NCBI GenBank assembly: GCA_020184695.1
Contig: JAANOX010000249.1
Coordinates: 12,739-76,738, forward strand
DNA length: 64,000 bases
Source of the DNA: Histomonas meleagridis 2922-C6/04-290x
Lineage: Eukaryota; Protista; Parabasalia
Reading direction: 5' to 3'
The notes under the pieces are model-generated. The model did no database searches, had not been told where the DNA came from, and saw only the letters and a program-made list of their open reading frames with translations. Each line of letters opens with the position of its first letter. Within the stretch, counting starts at the first letter, position 1. Positions 58,726 to 64,000 of this stretch are shown here, piece by piece. The translations under genes and the position numbers were made by a program.

Positions 58726-59892
58726 ATGAATTCATACATAAATATCTCGATTAAAACAAGCGCAAAATATATTATTTCATATGTAGCTCTTGGGCTGTCT
58801 GTCCTTGGTCTAGTTGTTTCAGCCACTCTATCATTTTTGAATGATGAAACACATATTGAAACTGAATGCATTACTGATTTTGAACATTCTTTTTCATTAG
58901 ATCCACTTGCTAATGTCAAAAAAGCCAGCGAGTTTTTCAAAGACATCAATGAATCACTTGATATTATAATATCACTTCCAGATTCCTATCGAACACCACC
59001 TGATGAATGGACTCATTTTATTAACAATATGTCACAAAGAGCTCATGTACGAATTTTTACTAATAACAATTATTTTACTGGACCATCCAATGCTGAAGTT
59101 AAATATTATCCATTTTCTAACATTTCTTTTTATGCCAATCTAGCTATTGGAGATTCTAAGCTTATGCTTGTTGTTTCCAGTTGGTTTTATCTTCGTAACA
59201 ACAGTGTCTTATCATTTGCAGTTGCCAATCGAAATTGTAAATCAGCCACATCCGATCTTATGGGCTTTTTTGACATGATCTGGTCCAATGGCCCATATTT
59301 ATTCCATCGTACAGCCATGAAACAAAAATGGATCAGATATCAAGGATTTATGGATTACCATAAAAACGCCACATTTATCTATTCTCCTTACGAATATTAC
59401 AACTGTAATCGAACCAACTTTACTGAAGCCATTTTTTCTGTTTTAGGCGATAATCAAAAAACGCGATATATGATCACACGAAAAATGTTTAATTATCCCA
59501 TAAAAAACTATCGCGATTCGATATATATCGCACAAATCACTGGATTCTTTGAGACATCGGTGTCCGATTATGACGTAGATCGAAAAATAATTGTTCCGAA
59601 TAGACCAGCAAAAGGTCAAATCGATAACTTAAAGAGTATTTTATGCAACTTAAGAGAAAATGGTTCGTTATATGTCGCAAACGATTTCGATATTTCGGGA
59701 TCTTTCGTCGAAGGTGACACTGATACGTTATTGCTGTCGGCGCCTATTGGAAACGCATTTTCAGACACAAATTTGATCTTCGGATACTTGAATAGAGGAA
59801 GTCATCACTTCGTGAAAAATGTGATGAACGAACTGATTAAGAATTATAACGTGACACTGAAAAAGCCGCCGACACTCGTGTTCGGAGAATAA
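58726..59892 (+). CDS. PLD3/PLD5-like type II membrane protein lacking HKD motifs
   Basis: N-terminal TM; AVANRNCKSATSDLMGFFDMIW resembles PLD3 [22 protein letters not shown]; no HxK(x4)D seen. Confidence 0.6.
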   Translation: MNSYINISIKTSAKYIISYVALGLSVLGLVVSATLSFLNDETHIETECITDFEHSFSLDPLANVKKASEFFKDINESLDIIISLPDSYRTPPDEWTHFINNMSQRAHVRIFTNNNYFTGPSNAEVKYYPFSNISFYANLAIGDSKLMLVVSSWFYLRNNSVLSFAVANRNCKSATSDLMGFFDMIWSNGPYLFHRTAMKQKWIRYQGFMDYHKNATFIYSPYEYYNCNRTNFTEAIFSVLGDNQKTRYMITRKMFNYPIKNYRDSIYIAQITGFFETSVSDYDVDRKIIVPNRPAKGQIDNLKSILCNLRENGSLYVANDFDISGSFVEGDTDTLLLSAPIGNAFSDTNLIFGYLNRGSHHFVKNVMNELIKNYNVTLKKPPTLVFGE

Positions 59893-60136
59893 TAATGTAA
59901 GAAATAGTAAAGTTTTGTTGGGAATTGATAATAATTAATTTCATTTTCATTTTTTTTTATAATCAAATAACGAAATATCTTGGTTTCAATCATGAAAATT
60001 ATCATAGTTTAACGCACAAAAGGGTAAAAAAGGTTTAATAGACATAGGTTTTTATAATCAAAATGACAAATGGAAGTAAAAGCATTTAAAAAACACCAAG
60101 AAATTGTCCTAAGTAACGTTATTGGAACTAACCAAT

Positions 60137-60436
60137 TTATTTTTTGATGAGCTGTTTTCCAAACAAAGTATCTCTTTTATATGAAAATTTACAAATTTTG
60201 TTCTTTCCTTTAGGCTTTACATTTCGACCCTTTGCTTGGATCATAAATTGTGGAATCTGTGATTGACTAACTTTTCCTTGAAGATCCATTTGATCAATTG
60301 GCTTTTCTTCTTTTTGAATTCGTAAACAAGAATTTGTTGAAACATTCTTTTTTGTAATGTTCATCCAAAAAAAATCGTATTGTTGAATATTATCAATTTC
60401 ACTTTCTTCTTCTTGTGGGTTCGAATATCCGCTCAT
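60137..60436 (-). CDS. Hypothetical small protein
   Basis: 99-codon frame from ATG 60436 with an AACGG motif just upstream; no recognisable domain. Confidence 0.4.
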   Translation of the reverse strand: MSGYSNPQEEESEIDNIQQYDFFWMNITKKNVSTNSCLRIQKEEKPIDQMDLQGKVSQSQIPQFMIQAKGRNVKPKGKNKICKFSYKRDTLFGKQLIKK

Positions 60437-60756
60437 TTTCAAACCGTTAATAAATTTTAACGTTCATTTTTTTCCAGTTTTTAAATAAATAACACAAAAA
60501 AGGAAAACATCAGATCTTTTCACTTGTTACATGAAAATACAAAATTCACATTGAAACTTGAAATTAGAGAAAAACATATCAATATACATTTAACGAATTT
60601 ATAAAACAATCTTTAACGTTGATATTGGTAAATAAAAGAAAACCTTTCGAAAATCATTTGCATGGGGCACCTCAATATGTTCTCATCTTGTCATAACCGC
60701 TTGACCAAGCCTGTGTAAACAAGACAAATCTTTATTCAAACCGCTCGCATTGCGAA

Positions 60757-61344
60757 ATGGGAGAACAACCAAATGCTGAACAGCAGGTGTTTCTTGACCA
60801 ACCAACTCCAAACCCTGAACTTAATTTTCGTGAAAAATTAGTGATCCAAAAAACAGAATTCTCAATGAAAATGGAAAGCATGATTTTAAAAACAAAACCA
60901 TATACACTTTACAGATGGCTAGCATTTGCTTTCTTGTTTGTTACATTCTTGATTAGAATGATTGTAACTAAAAAGTATTATGCTATTGCTTACATCACTG
61001 GACTTTATATCGTCAACTCATTAATTCTCTTCTTGTCACCTAAACTTGATCCAGACGAGTATGGGGAAATCCTTCCATCAAGAATAACAAATAACGAATA
61101 CAAACCATTTATTCGAAAATTACCAGAATTCAATTTTTGGCAAAAGATCACAATAGCCTTAATAATTGCACATATAGCAGCATGCATACCATTCTTGAAT
61201 ATACCAGTTTACGGACCAATTTTGTTCTTTTACTTTATCCTTGTATTCATAGTATCATTCCATGGAAGAATCATGCACATGATTCGCCACCACTATCTTC
61301 CATTCACTTCTGGAAAACCAACATATAAGAAAGAAGATGAATAA
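60757..61344 (+). CDS. RER1: RER1 ER-retrieval receptor
   Basis: YIVNSLILFLSPKLDP, EYKPFIRKLPEFNFW, PVYGPILFFYF, IMHMIRHHYLPFTSGKPTY. Confidence 0.96.
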   Translation: MGEQPNAEQQVFLDQPTPNPELNFREKLVIQKTEFSMKMESMILKTKPYTLYRWLAFAFLFVTFLIRMIVTKKYYAIAYITGLYIVNSLILFLSPKLDPDEYGEILPSRITNNEYKPFIRKLPEFNFWQKITIALIIAHIAACIPFLNIPVYGPILFFYFILVFIVSFHGRIMHMIRHHYLPFTSGKPTYKKEDE

Positions 61345-61624
61345 AACAAAACATAACATATTTTTTAAATTATTATTATTATTATTTTTTTTTTGATAAA
61401 TGATTCAATATTTAAGCGCAAAGATATTTTATTCAACTTCGAAAGCATGTTAATATTGGTATTCAAGGTAAATCTTCAAGTTTCCATTGGACAAACGATA
61501 GACAAATTAAATGATGAATAAACTGTTTCACAGAAAAAAACCATCGTCATTTTGAAAAACTTCTGTTTACATAAAAGAGCACTTTTTGGTTCCCACTTTT
61601 TGAATTTGGAAAGAATTGTGTATT

Positions 61625-62752
61625 TTACTTAGTATCGTTTTCATCGAAAAATTGATTTTCATCTGTGTTTAAAAATTCCTGCGACTCATATTGTACTGTT
61701 ACCTGTGCCAAGTTATCTTTTTCACCAGCCAGCGCGCGAAGGCTATTATCCATTGCAGCGTTTTTCACACATTTTATTTCGACAACTTCGATATGCGCCC
61801 AATATAGCAAGTCCAAAATTAAATGATATCCGAAAAATGACAAAACAAAATAAAGAACATTTGCCCATTTTTTGTTGAGGAGTTTCAATATTCTATCATT
61901 TTCATGTATCAAAATTATTGGCTCTGTTTCGGCTTCTATTTCTGTTTTAATTATATAATTCGTCGAACTTGTCGTTATGTATCTACTGCGGAAGTCAACT
62001 TCCATGTCACATCTTGGGGAATGTTCCAATGTAAAATACAAGTAAATTGATATGTTTCTTGGAATTTGAATGGCGGGTCCTTCTTCTTGCCAAGTAGTAT
62101 ACATGATGTCACAAACTTTCTTCCGACATAAATCTTTTTTGTTTACATTCTCTGAATTTGGAATTTCATATGCTGAAAAAATTGGTGGTAAGATACGAAT
62201 ATTTGTAACCACATCTTTGAGTTCTTCAAGTGTTACAACTTTGAGTGGAGTTATTCGACTTTTTGGATTGCGGAAATTACTTTTTGATTTGTAAACAGCA
62301 AGATAATTCGATAAAAACAAAAAGAAAAATAATATGTGCATACCTAAGCAAAGATAAAATAGATAATTTTGTAATGGAATTGATACATAACAAATGAAAA
62401 TGGAAAATTGAAGGCTAAATGTAAAACTTTGAATGAGAGTAAAAAAGAAAGCTTTAACAAGATTTGACCAAGCTAAATTTTTAAGGATCTGTTTTTTGTG
62501 AAAGCAAAGATAAAAACAACAAAATATGTTTGGTATAAGAAAAATTAACCAAATAACCAAAAACATTTTGCTAAGTGAACTGGTTTTATAGCACCATACC
62601 GAAAATTGCGATGGGTAACACGTTGAATAATTTGATTTAAATGACCCGTTTCCAAAATATTCTAGTTTGCTAAGACAAAGGCCATTACACATTGCGCCAC
62701 CGCAAAGAGTGTTGACACCTATGGGAAAATCAATAGGTGCTGTCGAAAACAT
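61625..62752 (-). CDS. Multi-pass membrane protein, possibly TMEM151-like
   Basis: Three N-terminal TMs, IRILPP, YTTWQE, C-terminal hydrophobic segment then K. Confidence 0.5.
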   Translation of the reverse strand: MFSTAPIDFPIGVNTLCGGAMCNGLCLSKLEYFGNGSFKSNYSTCYPSQFSVWCYKTSSLSKMFLVIWLIFLIPNIFCCFYLCFHKKQILKNLAWSNLVKAFFFTLIQSFTFSLQFSIFICYVSIPLQNYLFYLCLGMHILFFFLFLSNYLAVYKSKSNFRNPKSRITPLKVVTLEELKDVVTNIRILPPIFSAYEIPNSENVNKKDLCRKKVCDIMYTTWQEEGPAIQIPRNISIYLYFTLEHSPRCDMEVDFRSRYITTSSTNYIIKTEIEAETEPIILIHENDRILKLLNKKWANVLYFVLSFFGYHLILDLLYWAHIEVVEIKCVKNAAMDNSLRALAGEKDNLAQVTVQYESQEFLNTDENQFFDENDTK

Positions 62753-62994
62753 CTAAACACAGAATCAAATGAACGGTTACTTTAATTAGCCACAAAAGGT
62801 TTTCTCGAGAGAAAATTCTATTTCCTTTTAAAAGTATCACCAAGCACATTGCAATGAGTGGAAACAAAAAATCTTCACAAAGATATAAGCAAAAAAATTA
62901 ATGATAAGAAACAAAATTAATTAATTTTTGCCATAAACGGCGAATTCAGAATTTTACTTATAAGCAACACTTAAATAGCTTGCCATTTGTTTAT

Positions 62995-63513
62995 TCAGTT
63001 TTGATTTTCTTGAATGTTTTCGATTCGAAGTGAAGCAACGCGAGTAGCACCTGATGGGTTATCCCACTTACACTGGGATATTGTTGCTTCTGTTGATGAG
63101 ATTGTAAAGTTCTGTTGTGCGTGTGTAATTAACAAAACATCATGATAATCAACATCAGCAAGTTGATCTGCTGGGACTTTAAGTTTAGCTTCTGAGTCAG
63201 AGAGTATAACAAAGCCATGTCTTGTGAAGTTTCCTTGTTTGTGAAATAAGCCGCCATCAATAGCATCGAATCTGCGGTTCAAATTGTTTTTTCTGCCAAA
63301 GTAATCTTCATGAAGACTATGAAGAGATAGGTTTTGAGATGTCCATGCGCTTTCAGGGATGAAATGTAAGGCAACAGGATCAATGCATTGTTCATGATAT
63401 AAGGAAGCTACTGGATCAGCAGCTTCTGTAAGCATGTGCTGAAGAGCGATTAGGTCGCTTGTTTGAATGTCATTATTATTCTGAATGTTGTTTTGCTTGT
63501 TTGAGTCTTCCAT
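62995..63513 (-). CDS. Parabasalid IBD-like (winged-helix) family member, apparently internally deleted
   Basis: FIPESAW, YFGRKNNLNRRF and IDGGLFHKQGNFTRHGF are motifs I recall from a trichomonad family; ATG at 63513. Confidence 0.5.
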   Translation of the reverse strand: MEDSNKQNNIQNNNDIQTSDLIALQHMLTEAADPVASLYHEQCIDPVALHFIPESAWTSQNLSLHSLHEDYFGRKNNLNRRFDAIDGGLFHKQGNFTRHGFVILSDSEAKLKVPADQLADVDYHDVLLITHAQQNFTISSTEATISQCKWDNPSGATRVASLRIENIQENQN

Positions 63514-64000
63514 TATAAAAAGTGTCGAACCGTTAAAAAGGCGCCATTTTGGATACAAAAAGTGTTACACACTTTTAGGTTAGTTTTTTTTGATTACTTT
63601 ATGAGAAAAGGAAATTATTCTAAAAAGTGGCAATCTTGAACGAATTTTTATCTCTTTTAATAAGGATAAACTTAATGTTATTTAACTCAGAATTTCACCA
63701 ACAATTCTCCAAATTTGATAGAATTAATGAAGAAATACTTGTAAAATTTAAAAAACGATGATCACAGATTTTGATGGTAAATTGTATAGTTAACCGTCCA
63801 GCATTATGTAAAAGTACTTAAATCAAAACTTTAAAAATAAATTGATATTGTGATGATAACATCATAGAAATATTACTTGTTTTAGCTAATAGCTTTACTT
63901 TGTGTTTGTCAAATTTTTATTTTTTGAACACAATCTCAACGTAAATGTTTTATAAAAAACAATTCTTAAGAAATTATTTACTAAATTAACTGAACTACAA

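Overview
AT-rich, gene-dense eukaryotic DNA from a parabasalid protist, probably Trichomonas/Tritrichomonas-like. This is inferred from the trichomonad-type histone H3, a hydrogenosomal NADH dehydrogenase 24 kDa subunit, BspA surface proteins, DUF3447-ankyrin genes and short Inr-like promoters. Housekeeping genes include H3/H4, RPS25, RER1, CDC50, Hsp110-like, Nap1/NCKAP1, cullin, TBC, MyTH4-RhoGAP and an importin-beta-like gene. Main discovery: four DUF3447-ankyrin loci look shattered, but by hand they decode into intact genes. In every ankyrin repeat the beta-hairpin (xxGx) is written as single codons, each preceded by an exactly 17-nt non-GT-AG AT-rich element (20-nt units). I counted 41 spacers (40/60/63/80/120 nt) and 151 elements. 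Removing them leaves 159 retained codons, none a stop, with Gly at the expected position in 30 of 41 spacers (e.g. AKD-KDGK-TAL, AKD-NNGW-TAL). This points to an undescribed ultra-short non-canonical intron, excision or bypass system with 3-nt micro-exons. All counts are manual and the mechanism is not proven. Several other genes carry 1-2 nt homopolymer frameshifts that may be assembly errors.
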